Assembly: GCA_020725385.1 (NCBI GenBank)
Contig: DYFC01000021.1
Location: 1 to 53,289 of the forward strand
Direction of reading: 5' to 3'
DNA from: Nitrospira japonica
GTDB lineage: Bacteria; Nitrospirota; Thermodesulfovibrionia; Thermodesulfovibrionales; SM23-35
Length of the DNA stretch: 53,289 nt
Part shown: one piece after another, positions 19,939 through 30,063 of the stretch
How the letters are laid out: every line of letters begins with the position of its first letter
Position numbering within the stretch: position 1 is the stretch's first letter
Notes under the pieces: generated by a model
Database searches by the model: none
What the model was told of the DNA's origin: nothing
The model's input: the letters and a program-made list of their open reading frames with translations, nothing else
Position numbers and translations under genes: made by a program

Positions 19939-21095
19939 TGAGAAAAAAAGTTGTTTATTTTGATAATGCAGCAACATCTGGAATTAAACCGCCTTCTGTA
20001 ATTAAAGCTATATGTGATTGTCTTAAGAAAAAAAATGCTAATCCCGGTAGATCAGGTCATAGTCTTTCTGTAAAAGCTGCTGAAATAATTTATAGTTGTC
20101 GAGAAAAAATAGGCGAATTATTTAATTTTGATAAGACTGAAAATATAATTCTCACTAAAAATGCTACAGAATCTCTTAATATTGTCATCAACGGTATCTT
20201 AAATACAGGAGATGAAGTTATTACGACTTCAATGGAACATAACTCTGTATTAAGACCATTAACTTATTTAAAGGAAAAAAGGCATATTAAAGTAACGATA
20301 ATTAATGCAGATTTAAACGGTCAGATAAATCCAAAAGACATTTTGAATTCAATATCAGATAAAACAAAACTTATAGTAGTTACTTCTGCATCAAATGTTA
20401 CAGGGACTAAAATGGATGTAGAAAAAATAAGAGAAATCGCTCAATATAACAACATAAAAATTCTTGTAGATGCAGCACAAGGAGCAGGAACAGTAAAAAT
20501 TGATTTTAAAAAATCCCCATTTGATTTTATTGCAATTACAGGCCATAAACATCTTTTTGGACCGCAGGGTACGGGTGCTTTAATTATTAAAAATAATGAA
20601 GAACTTGAACCTTTAATGTTTGGTGGAACTGGAAGTCAATCAGAGAAAATTATTCATCCAGGTTTTTTACCGGACAAATTTGAATCTGGCACGCTTAATA
20701 CGCCCGGTTTTGCTGGATTATCCGCAGGTATTGAATTTATTTTAGGTAAAAAGATTGAAAATATAATCAGCTATGAAAAACAGTTAACAAATTATTTAAT
20801 AAAGAAATTAAAAGAAATTGAAGAAATTACTATATATGCAGCAAATGTAGAAAGAGTATCCACTGTTTCATTCAATATTAACGGATTCCAGCCATCAGAA
20901 GTCGCAGATTATTTAGACAAAAATCATGGAATCTGTGTACGTTCCGGGCTCCATTGCGCACCTGAAGCTCATAAGACCATAAATACATTTCCAAACGGTA
21001 CAATAAGATTTTCGTTGTCATATTTTAATACTAAGGAAGAAGTTGATACCTCAATTAACGCCTTGAAATCATTTATTATCAAAAATAAGAATTAG
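19938..21095 (+). CDS. class V PLP cysteine desulfurase/selenocysteine lyase family protein
   Basis: YFDNAATS, NPGRSGH, DAAQGAG, TGHK (PLP Lys), RSGLHCAP (catalytic Cys). Confidence 0.9.
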   Translation: MRKKVVYFDNAATSGIKPPSVIKAICDCLKKKNANPGRSGHSLSVKAAEIIYSCREKIGELFNFDKTENIILTKNATESLNIVINGILNTGDEVITTSMEHNSVLRPLTYLKEKRHIKVTIINADLNGQINPKDILNSISDKTKLIVVTSASNVTGTKMDVEKIREIAQYNNIKILVDAAQGAGTVKIDFKKSPFDFIAITGHKHLFGPQGTGALIIKNNEELEPLMFGGTGSQSEKIIHPGFLPDKFESGTLNTPGFAGLSAGIEFILGKKIENIISYEKQLTNYLIKKLKEIEEITIYAANVERVSTVSFNINGFQPSEVADYLDKNHGICVRSGLHCAPEAHKTINTFPNGTIRFSLSYFNTKEEVDTSINALKSFIIKNKN

Positions 21096-22966
21096 TTAAT
21101 TAATTGCCTCGTATCTCCCACTCTTTTAGTCAATTTAATAGCATCAAAATACTCAAGAAAATGAATTGCACACTTTCTATTTGTTGGAAAAATATCTTTG
21201 AATTCTCTGACTGTAATAAAAGGTTTTTCCCTGAAAAAGTTTCTCAGATTTTCAAGCCCTTTTTTATAAGAATCTGATTTAACATAAATAGAATTGCTTA
21301 TTTTTATTACTAGACCTTCCTTTTCCATTAATTTCAATATATTTAATATATATTTTTGTTCAATGTTAAGGATTTTGCTTAATTCCTCTATATTAGGTGG
21401 TTCTGTACCTGTTTTATTAAGTATTTGAAGTATTAAATCTTTATTGATTTCATCCTTCTTATTTAATAAAGGTTTAAAAGAAGAAAGTCTAACAATATCT
21501 TTTTCTATATAAATATCTTTCAAAGATGATAAAAGGCTGTTGAATATCTTAACATCTACTTTTATATAATTCCTGAGTTCTTCTTTTGGAATTCCGGGTT
21601 TTATCGGGTTATTTTCATGGTATTCCTTTAACTTTTTTATTATTATATCTTGAAAAATTCTAATAGCTTCAGAATGAAAAATAATATCATCATATTGGTA
21701 AACCAATTGCTTCGACCTCAAATCATTTAAAGATTGATATATTTCGGGTATATCTGCATTTATCCAGCCCTCTAATGTAGATAATCTTATACCATTTATT
21801 GATGTTCTTTTAATTCTTAATGCAATTTTTTCAGCTAAAGTACCATCATCGAAAAAAGTTAACTCATTAATGCTTTTTTGATGACTAATTTTATATGATG
21901 AAGGGTCAAGTATTTCACCTCCACCTATTGTATCAATAGGTGTAACTCTTCTAATTATAAATCTATCACCCGACATTGCAATCACCGGTTCGTTAAGCCG
22001 GAATTGACAATAACAAGTTTCACTCGGTTTTAATTCATTTTTTCCATATAATATAGTCCTTGCAGGTTTTTCGGAAGTACCTATGTGAAAATGTACAATC
22101 TCTCTATTTTTAAGACTTTTTACATGAGATAGTAATGTTACCTTTGCATCGATTTGATATGCAGGAACTAATTTATCAATGTTCACAACAGTATCTCCTC
22201 TTTTTAATAAATCCCTGTCAACTCCCTGAAGATTTATTGCAACTCTTTGTCCTGCATAAGCTTCGTTAACACTTTGACCGTGACAATGTAACCCTCTAAT
22301 TTTAGTTCTTACTTTACATGGGAGAATATCAACTTCTTCTCCAACACTTATTTTTCCAGAAAAAACAGTTCCGGTTACTACTGTGCCGAATCCTTTCAGT
22401 GTAAAAACTCTATCAATAGGCAGCCTAAAAATTCCTTTTGTTGATTTTGGATTAACTTTCAAAGATTCTTGTTTAATTTTCTCTTTCAATAATTCAATAT
22501 TCTTCATTGTGATAGTCGAAACATTAATTATTTCTGAATTTTCAAGAAAGGAGTCTTTTAGAAATTCTTTGACATCTTCTGTTACAAGATCAAGCCAATC
22601 TTTATCGACAAGATCGCATTTAGTAATTGCCACAATCCCTGATTTTATTTTTAAGAGATTGCATATATTAAAGTGTTCAATACTTTGCGGCATAATTCCC
22701 TCATCGGCAGCTACTACGAAAAGTACAATATCTATACCACCTGCACCTGCTAACATATTTCTCACAAGACGTTCATGTCCTGGCACATCTACAATTCCAA
22801 CTGTAAGTCCATTAGTATATTTAAGGTAAGCAAAACCTAAATCAATTGTTATTCCACGTTCTTTTTCTTCTTTTAGTCTATCGGGGTCAATACCTGTTAA
22901 TGCTTTAACTAAAGCGCTTTTTCCATGGTCAATATGTCCTGCGGTACCTAAAATTATATGATGCAT
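21092..22966 (-). CDS. selB: selenocysteine-specific elongation factor SelB
   Basis: [43 protein letters not shown] and full-length winged-helix C-terminus ([12 protein letters not shown]...RVGDTR). Start at MHHIILG, 624 aa. Confidence 0.95.
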   Translation of the reverse strand: MHHIILGTAGHIDHGKSALVKALTGIDPDRLKEEKERGITIDLGFAYLKYTNGLTVGIVDVPGHERLVRNMLAGAGGIDIVLFVVAADEGIMPQSIEHFNICNLLKIKSGIVAITKCDLVDKDWLDLVTEDVKEFLKDSFLENSEIINVSTITMKNIELLKEKIKQESLKVNPKSTKGIFRLPIDRVFTLKGFGTVVTGTVFSGKISVGEEVDILPCKVRTKIRGLHCHGQSVNEAYAGQRVAINLQGVDRDLLKRGDTVVNIDKLVPAYQIDAKVTLLSHVKSLKNREIVHFHIGTSEKPARTILYGKNELKPSETCYCQFRLNEPVIAMSGDRFIIRRVTPIDTIGGGEILDPSSYKISHQKSINELTFFDDGTLAEKIALRIKRTSINGIRLSTLEGWINADIPEIYQSLNDLRSKQLVYQYDDIIFHSEAIRIFQDIIIKKLKEYHENNPIKPGIPKEELRNYIKVDVKIFNSLLSSLKDIYIEKDIVRLSSFKPLLNKKDEINKDLILQILNKTGTEPPNIEELSKILNIEQKYILNILKLMEKEGLVIKISNSIYVKSDSYKKGLENLRNFFREKPFITVREFKDIFPTNRKCAIHFLEYFDAIKLTKRVGDTRQLIN

Positions 22967-23003
22967 TTTTTTATAGAAATAAGAATATAAAAACTGTATT
23001 CTA

Positions 23004-23099
23004 TGGAGAGGGGTAGTGGGAATCGAACCCACCATAGCTTCTTGTCCAGAGCATCCACTGGTTTTGCAGACCAGGCGGGGCCCAGCCCCGATACCCCTC
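23004..23099 (-). tRNA. tRNA-Sec-like tRNA with Cys anticodon GCA and U73 (selC*-like tRNA-Cys)
   Basis: Minus strand: GAGGGGTA T CGGGGC-TGG-GCCCCG C CTGGT-CTGCAAA-ACCAG [about 25-nt variable arm] GTGGG-TTCGATT-CCCAC TACCCCTC T CCA. 96 nt, 8-bp acceptor stem, 5-bp T stem. Confidence 0.92.
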
Positions 23100-23123
23100 G
23101 TTTGTATTTTATTATCGATTATA

Positions 23124-23153
23124 ATTATATGTAAAATAGCTTTTTTCTATCAA
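23124..23153 (-). promoter_or_regulatory. putative promoter for the tRNA-selB unit
   Basis: Minus strand TTGATA-18 bp-TATAAT. The AT-rich context lowers significance. Confidence 0.4.
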
Positions 23154-23334
23154 AAGATTATTAAATATAGATTGTTTTTCAATTTTACTAAACAAATTTC
23201 AAACAAGTTTATCAATTTTTCTAATGTCTTATTTTTTTCATATTAGTTTGAATAACAACATTCAGGTTTAATACAATTGACTAAGCAAAGATATTTTTGT
23301 TAACGTATTAAATCAAATCAACTCAGGAGATTTT

Positions 23335-23754
23335 ATGACAGATAAACACGTTAGTACGCATAAAAGCAGTAATAAGAAAAAAATAAATTTATCGCCCAGA
23401 CAACAGAAAATTCAAGAAATTAAGAAAAAACTTCTTTCACAAAGGAAAGAATTGCTTCTCGGAGCTTTAGAGGCATTAAATGAACTTCCAGGGCAAACTG
23501 TTTTTCCTGATCTTGGTGATCAGGCAACAGCTGAAATCGATCGCAATTTCATGCTTAGACTCAAAGGTAGAGAACAAAAGCTTTTGAAGAAAATTGATGA
23601 AGCCATTGAAAGGATTGAACAGGGCACATTTGGAATTTGCGATAGATGTGGACAGGAAATAAACATTAAAAGATTAGAAGCAAGACCTGTGACTACAATG
23701 TGCATTGATTGCAAAACACTTCAAGAGGAAGAAGAGAAACTAATGGAAACATAA
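23335..23754 (+). CDS. dksA: RNA polymerase-binding protein DksA
   Basis: PDLGDQA coiled-coil tip; zinc finger CDRC...RLEARP...CIDC. Confidence 0.92.
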   Translation: MTDKHVSTHKSSNKKKINLSPRQQKIQEIKKKLLSQRKELLLGALEALNELPGQTVFPDLGDQATAEIDRNFMLRLKGREQKLLKKIDEAIERIEQGTFGICDRCGQEINIKRLEARPVTTMCIDCKTLQEEEEKLMET

Positions 23755-23953
23755 TTAATTTCTGTCTATTGAATATTTTTCTCACCTATTTCTATATTTT
23801 TAATATTTTTCCAGTTTTTTATTAGTGTTTGTTCATCTTCTGCTTTCATGGCTAAAAAGTTAGTGATAATTCATTACGAAAATTAACTTTATTGACAAAT
23901 TATTAAATCTATGATAAGTAAATTGAGTTAATAATTTAAAAAAGGAGGAGAAG

Positions 23954-24340
23954 ATGACCCCCGATGATCTTAAATATCATAAGGAACATACATGGGTAAA
24001 AGTTTCCGGCAGAAAGGTTACAATCGGGATAACCGATTATGCACAGGATGCATTAGGCGACATTGTTTATATTGACCTACCTGAATTAGATGCAGATGTT
24101 GAAGCTAATACTGAAATAGGTGAAATTGAATCAACAAAAGCAACGTCTTCTATCATTTCTCCTGTAAGTGGCAAAGTCATAGAAGTCAACGAAGAGCTTT
24201 CTGAAACACCTGAAATTATCAATGAAGATCCTTACGGTAAAGCCTGGATAGCTGTTATTGAAATGAATGATGAGTCAGAGCTCGATGATCTAATGGATGC
24301 ATCTGAATATTCAAAATATGTTGAAGAAGAAATTAAATGA
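23954..24340 (+). CDS. gcvH: glycine cleavage system H protein (lipoyl carrier)
   Basis: GITDYAQDALGDIVY, IESTKA lipoyl-Lys, INEDPYG; RBS AGGAGG. Confidence 0.95.
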   Translation: MTPDDLKYHKEHTWVKVSGRKVTIGITDYAQDALGDIVYIDLPELDADVEANTEIGEIESTKATSSIISPVSGKVIEVNEELSETPEIINEDPYGKAWIAVIEMNDESELDDLMDASEYSKYVEEEIK

Positions 24341-25722
24341 GGCTATCAATTCTTGGTGCAGGTCCGGGCGGTTATGTTGCGGCTATAAGAGCTGCACAAT
24401 CAGGAATACATGTTACATTAATTGAAAAAGATGAAGTTGGCGGTACCTGTCTTAATAAGGGTTGTATTCCTACTAAGTCCATAATTGCATCATTAGAACT
24501 TTTTAAAAAAATAAAATTATCAGAACTATATGGTATCGATGTCCCTAACGGCTCAAAACCTAATTTAACCAAGATATTAAATCGAAAAAATAAAATAGTT
24601 CAAACCCAGATTAAAGGATTATACAATATTTTTAAATCGTATAGAATTGATATAAAAAAAGGCAAAGGATTTATATCTTCTCCACAGAGTCTTTTAGTAA
24701 CTTATAATAATGGTGAACAGGAAAAGATTGTTTCTGACAAAATTATTATTGCTACGGGTTCGAGACCATTTCAAATTCAAAATTTGCCGTATGACGGCAG
24801 AATAATAATTTCAAGTGATGATGCCCTGAATTTGCCAGAAATACCAGATGATATTGCTATTTTAGGAGCAGGGGCAATTGGTTGCGAGTTTGCCTGTATT
24901 TTTAGATTACTTGGCTCTAAGGTTACGTTACTCGAAATGCTTTCAAGACCTTTATCTAACGAAGACATTGAAATAACCGATATTTTACAACGCGAATTTA
25001 AGAAAATAGGAATTAGACTTATCACCGGTGTAAAGGTCGAAAAGACTATAGTAGAAGACAATTCAGTTATTATCCATATTGACAATGGAGATATAATTAG
25101 TTCAAAAAAATTACTTATAGCTACAGGCAGAGCTTTCAATAGTGAAAATATAGGGTTAGAAAATATTGGCATAATTAGAAGTCAAAGTGGAAAAATACCT
25201 GTAAATGAAAAATTTGAGACAAATATAAAGGGTATTTATGCAGTAGGTGATGTTATTGGGAATATGATGCTTGCACATGTTGCAGCCCGAGAAGGTATAA
25301 CTGCTGTGGATAATATTCTTGGCAATAATTCAACAATTGATTATAATTCTGTACCTTTGGTAATTTTTACATATCCAGAAATTGCATCGGTTGGGTTAAA
25401 GGAATTTCAAGCACAAGAGAGAGGAATTAAAATAAGGACAGGACATTTTCAATTTAGAGCACTTGCAAGATCCCATACTATAGGGGAAATTGATGGGCTG
25501 GTTAAAATAGTATCTGATGCTGATTCAGATAAGTTACTCGGGGTACATATTATTGGTCCTCATGCCTCTGATATTATTCATGAGGCAGCTTTAGCTATCA
25601 GAAAAGGGTTAAAAACTAAAGACATCATAGAAACTATCCATGCACATCCAACATTTTCAGAGGCAATTATAGAAGCAACTGAAGATATATATGGCATGGC
25701 TATACATGCTATTAAGAAATGA
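24337..25722 (+). CDS. lpdA: dihydrolipoamide dehydrogenase
   Basis: GAGPGGYVAA, GGTCLNKGCIPTK, HAHPTFSE. Confidence 0.95.
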   Translation: MRLSILGAGPGGYVAAIRAAQSGIHVTLIEKDEVGGTCLNKGCIPTKSIIASLELFKKIKLSELYGIDVPNGSKPNLTKILNRKNKIVQTQIKGLYNIFKSYRIDIKKGKGFISSPQSLLVTYNNGEQEKIVSDKIIIATGSRPFQIQNLPYDGRIIISSDDALNLPEIPDDIAILGAGAIGCEFACIFRLLGSKVTLLEMLSRPLSNEDIEITDILQREFKKIGIRLITGVKVEKTIVEDNSVIIHIDNGDIISSKKLLIATGRAFNSENIGLENIGIIRSQSGKIPVNEKFETNIKGIYAVGDVIGNMMLAHVAAREGITAVDNILGNNSTIDYNSVPLVIFTYPEIASVGLKEFQAQERGIKIRTGHFQFRALARSHTIGEIDGLVKIVSDADSDKLLGVHIIGPHASDIIHEAALAIRKGLKTKDIIETIHAHPTFSEAIIEATEDIYGMAIHAIKK

Positions 25723-27080
25723 TAAATAATTTTCAGCAAGACTGGCTAACCGAATCAAGAAAAAAACATTGGGAACTCTATTCTGAACTTAATGTACTTT
25801 TAAGAGCAGTTGATAGATTTTTTCATATAGATAATCTTAATATTTCTCAGAACGAACTTCCAGTGAAAAATTTTTATAATGAAATTAACTCATTACGTGA
25901 TGTTATCTTCAGAATACTCGCTATTTTTGAAGTAATTATTCCTGAAAATAAAAAAAATGCTTTCTGGTTCCAGAAGTATGCTGAATCAAAATTCTTTAGT
26001 TATTACACAAGAGATATTTTGAAAGAAAAGCTTTATAGTCAGGACTCTCCGGAAAAAAGCATCTTTTTAATGTATGACCTATTTATAAATTTAAAGGGGA
26101 TTATTACTGAATTGCTTAAATCAGGCGAAATACAATATAACAGCTTTATTAATATAGGACAGATTATAAGCAAAGAAATTAGAGGAAATAAATTTTTAAA
26201 CCCTTTCCATAAGGAAATAAGTCCTGAATTTGATACTATTAATAATCCTCCAATTACTGAGATCGTCAAAAAAATTAAAGAACCTGAAATCAAAAAGAAT
26301 ATATCCCTCATATATATTTATTTCTTCAGATTTTTAAGATTTCTCAAACATATTGATATTTCATCAAATGACACTATTTCATTGAATTCATCACTTTTAA
26401 TCTTAATCATGTTAAAGTCCGAATTAGATTTATTCCGGAATTTCTTAAAGAGAAATGCTTTATCAATTAAAAATGAGGAAATAAAATCATTATTAAATCT
26501 TATTTCGTATCAACTATCAATGGAAACCAAAAGGGTCTTTAATCAAGAATTAAAAGATATCTTTCAGAAAGAAAATGCGGATAATTTAAGAGGTAAAATC
26601 GAAAACAGCAAAGGTATTTTGAATAATCTAATAGAGCAAAGCATACTACAAATTACACAATACTTTAACAAAAATATTCAAGGAGAGGACATTTTTCCCA
26701 ACTTTATTGATAAATTATCTCAATCTATAAAACTCAGAGAAGATATATTTACACTTCATAGGTTTATAACGTTACTTGAAGAACAAGCTGCTGTGCCTGA
26801 AGTTGGTAGGGATATCTTTAAAGGAATGAAAAATTATATGAAGGATTTTCAACATTCTACATTTAGTCTGTTACGTTATGACGACTATAATGAATTCGCT
26901 GAGTTTTTTAATAAAATTTTTAATCTTCAATGGTTAGAGCAAGACCAAATATTAAAATTAACAAAAAGTTTTAAGATATACATAGAAACAACATTAAGAA
27001 ATATTGCTAATCGTTCTGAATTAAAAAATATATCCTTCGATGTAGATAAAGTTGAAGCAAATTTAAAAAAATATATATAA
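25719..27080 (+). CDS. hypothetical all-alpha protein
   Basis: 453-aa ORF coupled to lpdA by an ATGA overlap; no motif recognised. Confidence 0.6.
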   Translation: MINNFQQDWLTESRKKHWELYSELNVLLRAVDRFFHIDNLNISQNELPVKNFYNEINSLRDVIFRILAIFEVIIPENKKNAFWFQKYAESKFFSYYTRDILKEKLYSQDSPEKSIFLMYDLFINLKGIITELLKSGEIQYNSFINIGQIISKEIRGNKFLNPFHKEISPEFDTINNPPITEIVKKIKEPEIKKNISLIYIYFFRFLRFLKHIDISSNDTISLNSSLLILIMLKSELDLFRNFLKRNALSIKNEEIKSLLNLISYQLSMETKRVFNQELKDIFQKENADNLRGKIENSKGILNNLIEQSILQITQYFNKNIQGEDIFPNFIDKLSQSIKLREDIFTLHRFITLLEEQAAVPEVGRDIFKGMKNYMKDFQHSTFSLLRYDDYNEFAEFFNKIFNLQWLEQDQILKLTKSFKIYIETTLRNIANRSELKNISFDVDKVEANLKKYI

Positions 27081-27131
27081 TTTATTTTATAGAATTGTAT
27101 AATTATTTAATTCAGTTATATAATTAGAAAT

Positions 27132-27455
27132 ATGGCAGTTCATAATAGATTAAGACATCAGGTAGATACCGAAATACGTATCCGGCGTATTATTTTTTAT
27201 ACACTTATGTTTTTAAGTTTTATATATATAATTACATCACTTGTTTTTGGAGATATGGGACTTATTAAATATATAGATCTACATAAGAAAAAAAGTAATC
27301 TAGAAACAGGCATTAAAGAAATAGAGCGAGAAAACCAGCTCCTTAAGTTGCAAATCAAATTACTGAAGGAAGATCCTTTCTTTAAAGAAAAATATGCAAG
27401 AGAAGAATTTGGTTTAGCAAAACCTGACGAATACATCTTCCAGTATGACAGATAA
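27132..27455 (+). CDS. ftsB: septum formation initiator (FtsB/DivIC family)
   Basis: Transmembrane helix, FGDMG, coiled coil, EKYAREEFGLAKPDE. Confidence 0.8.
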   Translation: MAVHNRLRHQVDTEIRIRRIIFYTLMFLSFIYIITSLVFGDMGLIKYIDLHKKKSNLETGIKEIERENQLLKLQIKLLKEDPFFKEKYAREEFGLAKPDEYIFQYDR

Positions 27456-29619
27456 TCCTCTTTTTATTTGCATATTATGGCACATGCATCAACCATTTTA
27501 TAAAGACCCTTTCAATAATTATTACCGTCTCCCATGGGTAAGGCTTCACGGATGTAAAGATTACCTTGACATGCTTGAGATTCTTCTTGAATTCCCGGAT
27601 ATAAAACAGGTCTTTAATTTTACCCCTTCCCTGCTTGAACAACTTTCCGACTATACTGAAAATCATGCAAAGGACCAATATCTTGAAATAACCTTGAAAA
27701 AAGCTGATGAACTTACATTAGAAGATAAGGTTTTCATTCTTGAAAATTTCTTTCTTGCAAATTGGGATAATATGATTAAGCCCTTTCCCAGATATTTTGA
27801 TTTACTTAAAAAAAGGGGATTTCATGTTATAAAAAAGGATCTTTCTCGTATTGCCAATTATTTCACAAAAGATGATTATCTCGATCTTCAGGTGCTCTTC
27901 AATCTATGCTGGATAGATCCTTTATTTAGAAACAGAGATCCTTTTTTGAAAGAATTGTCAATAAAAGGCAGGGGATATTCTGAAGAAGAAAAAAAATTAC
28001 TTATCGATAAACAACTCTCTATAATCAAAAACATAATTCCAAGTTATAGTTCTGCAGTCAAAAAAGGACAGATAGAGATCTCGGTATCTCCTTTTTACCA
28101 CCCTATCCTGCCTTTATTATGCGATACAGATTCTGCCAAGATAGCTATTCCTGATATACGTTTACCAAAAAAGAGATTTTCACATTCTGAAGATGCTGTA
28201 AATCAAATTAAGATGGGCTTAGAATATTTTGAAAAAATATTTGGTTACAGACCGGTCGGGATGTGGCCATCTGAAGGTTCCGTAAGCGAGGAAGTATTGA
28301 AAATCATTTCAAGTGAAGGAATACAATGGATAGCAACTGATGAAGATATACTTGCAATTTCGCTCGGTAGACAATTAAGAGATTCTTCACGTAATGTTAC
28401 AGAACCTACGTTGCTTTATAAACCATACCAGTTTAATGATGTTTCAATAATATTTCGTGATCATATTATTTCTGATTTAATAGGTTTTATTTATTCTAAA
28501 TGGGATTCCAAACATGCTGCTGATGATCTTATAAACAAATTACTTCATATAAGATACTCTTTACCAGAAGATAGACCTTATCTTGTATCAATAATACTTG
28601 ATGGTGAAAATGCATGGGAATATTATAAAAATGATGGACATGATTTTTTACGCTATTTTTATTCTTCTCTTTCATCCGAAAAACGCCTCAAGACAATAAC
28701 ACCATCCGAATATATAAAGAATTTTGGTGTTGGAGAGCCTTTAAAAAAACTTCATGCAGGTTCCTGGATATACTCAAATTATGCTGTTTGGATAGGACAT
28801 GAAGAAGACAATACCGCATGGGATTATCTTACTGAAGCAAGAGAGGAACTGGAATTATTTCAGAAAATGAATCCAGATAAAGACCTCTCAAAAGCATGGA
28901 AAGCTATTTATATTGCTGAAGGAAGCGATTGGAACTGGTGGTATGGTGATGAACATACTACCGAAACACAGAAAGATTTTGATGAACTCTTTCGATTCAA
29001 TCTTATGAAAGTCTATCAAGAGATTGGCAAAGAAATACCGTCGCATCTTTATATACCTGTTCTCAGAGAAGACAGAAGTATTTTACCTTCCATATCAATA
29101 AGAGGATTTATTGAACCAAAAATAGATGGTATGGTTACAAGCTATTATGAATGGTATCAGGCCGCAAAACTCGATATTAAAAAATCCGGGGGAAGTATGC
29201 ATAAATCAGAAAGCATGCTTTCAACTCTGTATTATGGCTTTAACAAAGATAAATTGTTTATAAGATTAGATCCGTCTTTCCCTTTTGATGAGATGCCAGA
29301 GGATACAAGAATAACCATTTATATACTTGGTAAAACTAATATTAAATCTGTCATTCCTTTAAGAAAAGATTTAACGGGCGAATTTTTTATTAAAAAAGAA
29401 AATGATTGGTTAAAGGTTAAAGAAATAAGAGATTATGCAATTAATGATGTTTTTGAATTTTCTATTCCTTTTGAAGATCTTAATTCAAAAGAATCAGATG
29501 AACTGCGTTTATTCATATTATTAACCAGAAATGGCGAAGAACTTGAAAGGTGTCCGTGGAGAGGTTATATATCTATAACTGTACCATCTCCGGATTTTGA
29601 AGCAATAATGTGGTATTGA
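27445..29619 (+). CDS. glycoside hydrolase family 57 (amylopullulanase-like)
   Basis: WHMHQP, PFYHPILPL, GMWPSEG, LDGENAWE, AEGSDWNWW. Confidence 0.92.
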   Translation: MTDNPLFICILWHMHQPFYKDPFNNYYRLPWVRLHGCKDYLDMLEILLEFPDIKQVFNFTPSLLEQLSDYTENHAKDQYLEITLKKADELTLEDKVFILENFFLANWDNMIKPFPRYFDLLKKRGFHVIKKDLSRIANYFTKDDYLDLQVLFNLCWIDPLFRNRDPFLKELSIKGRGYSEEEKKLLIDKQLSIIKNIIPSYSSAVKKGQIEISVSPFYHPILPLLCDTDSAKIAIPDIRLPKKRFSHSEDAVNQIKMGLEYFEKIFGYRPVGMWPSEGSVSEEVLKIISSEGIQWIATDEDILAISLGRQLRDSSRNVTEPTLLYKPYQFNDVSIIFRDHIISDLIGFIYSKWDSKHAADDLINKLLHIRYSLPEDRPYLVSIILDGENAWEYYKNDGHDFLRYFYSSLSSEKRLKTITPSEYIKNFGVGEPLKKLHAGSWIYSNYAVWIGHEEDNTAWDYLTEAREELELFQKMNPDKDLSKAWKAIYIAEGSDWNWWYGDEHTTETQKDFDELFRFNLMKVYQEIGKEIPSHLYIPVLREDRSILPSISIRGFIEPKIDGMVTSYYEWYQAAKLDIKKSGGSMHKSESMLSTLYYGFNKDKLFIRLDPSFPFDEMPEDTRITIYILGKTNIKSVIPLRKDLTGEFFIKKENDWLKVKEIRDYAINDVFEFSIPFEDLNSKESDELRLFILLTRNGEELERCPWRGYISITVPSPDFEAIMWY

Positions 29620-29622
29620 AAA

Positions 29623-30063
29623 ATGAAAGCATTAATACAAAGAGTAAAACAAGCTTATGTTGATATAGAAGGAAAAATTGTTGGGAAAATTTCCGAAGGT
29701 ATTCTTCTTTTCCTTGGCATTGAAAAAGGTGATACCGAGTCTGATATTGAATATCTTGTAAAAAAGGTTTCTGCACTAAGAATATTTGAAGATGAAAACA
29801 AAAAAATGAATCTTTCTCTCCAGGATATAAATGGAGAAATACTTGTTGTATCACAGTTCACGTTATCTGCTGACTGCAGAAAAGGAAATAGACCATCTTT
29901 TGACAAAGCTGAAGTACCTGATAAAGCAAAAGAAATGTATATAAAATTTATTAGAAAATTAACTGAAAAAGGCTTGAATGTCCAGACAGGTGAATTTGCT
30001 GCTTTTATGCAAATTCACTTAATAAATAATGGTCCTGTTACAATCCTTATAGATTCCAAATGA
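29623..30063 (+). CDS. dtd: D-aminoacyl-tRNA deacylase
   Basis: [26 protein letters not shown]. Confidence 0.95.
   Translation: MKALIQRVKQAYVDIEGKIVGKISEGILLFLGIEKGDTESDIEYLVKKVSALRIFEDENKKMNLSLQDINGEILVVSQFTLSADCRKGNRPSFDKAEVPDKAKEMYIKFIRKLTEKGLNVQTGEFAAFMQIHLINNGPVTILIDSK

Noticed and set aside
23004-23099. Canonical selC (tRNA-Sec, UCA) or ordinary tRNA-Cys
   Set aside because: The anticodon reads GCA with U73, so it is not canonical selC. The 8-bp acceptor stem, 6-bp D stem and long variable arm exclude an ordinary tRNA-Cys.
22967-23246. N-terminal extension of the selB ORF to 23035 and the 76-aa ORF at 23016-23246
   Set aside because: Both overlap the tRNA gene; SelB homology begins at [11 protein letters not shown] (22966).
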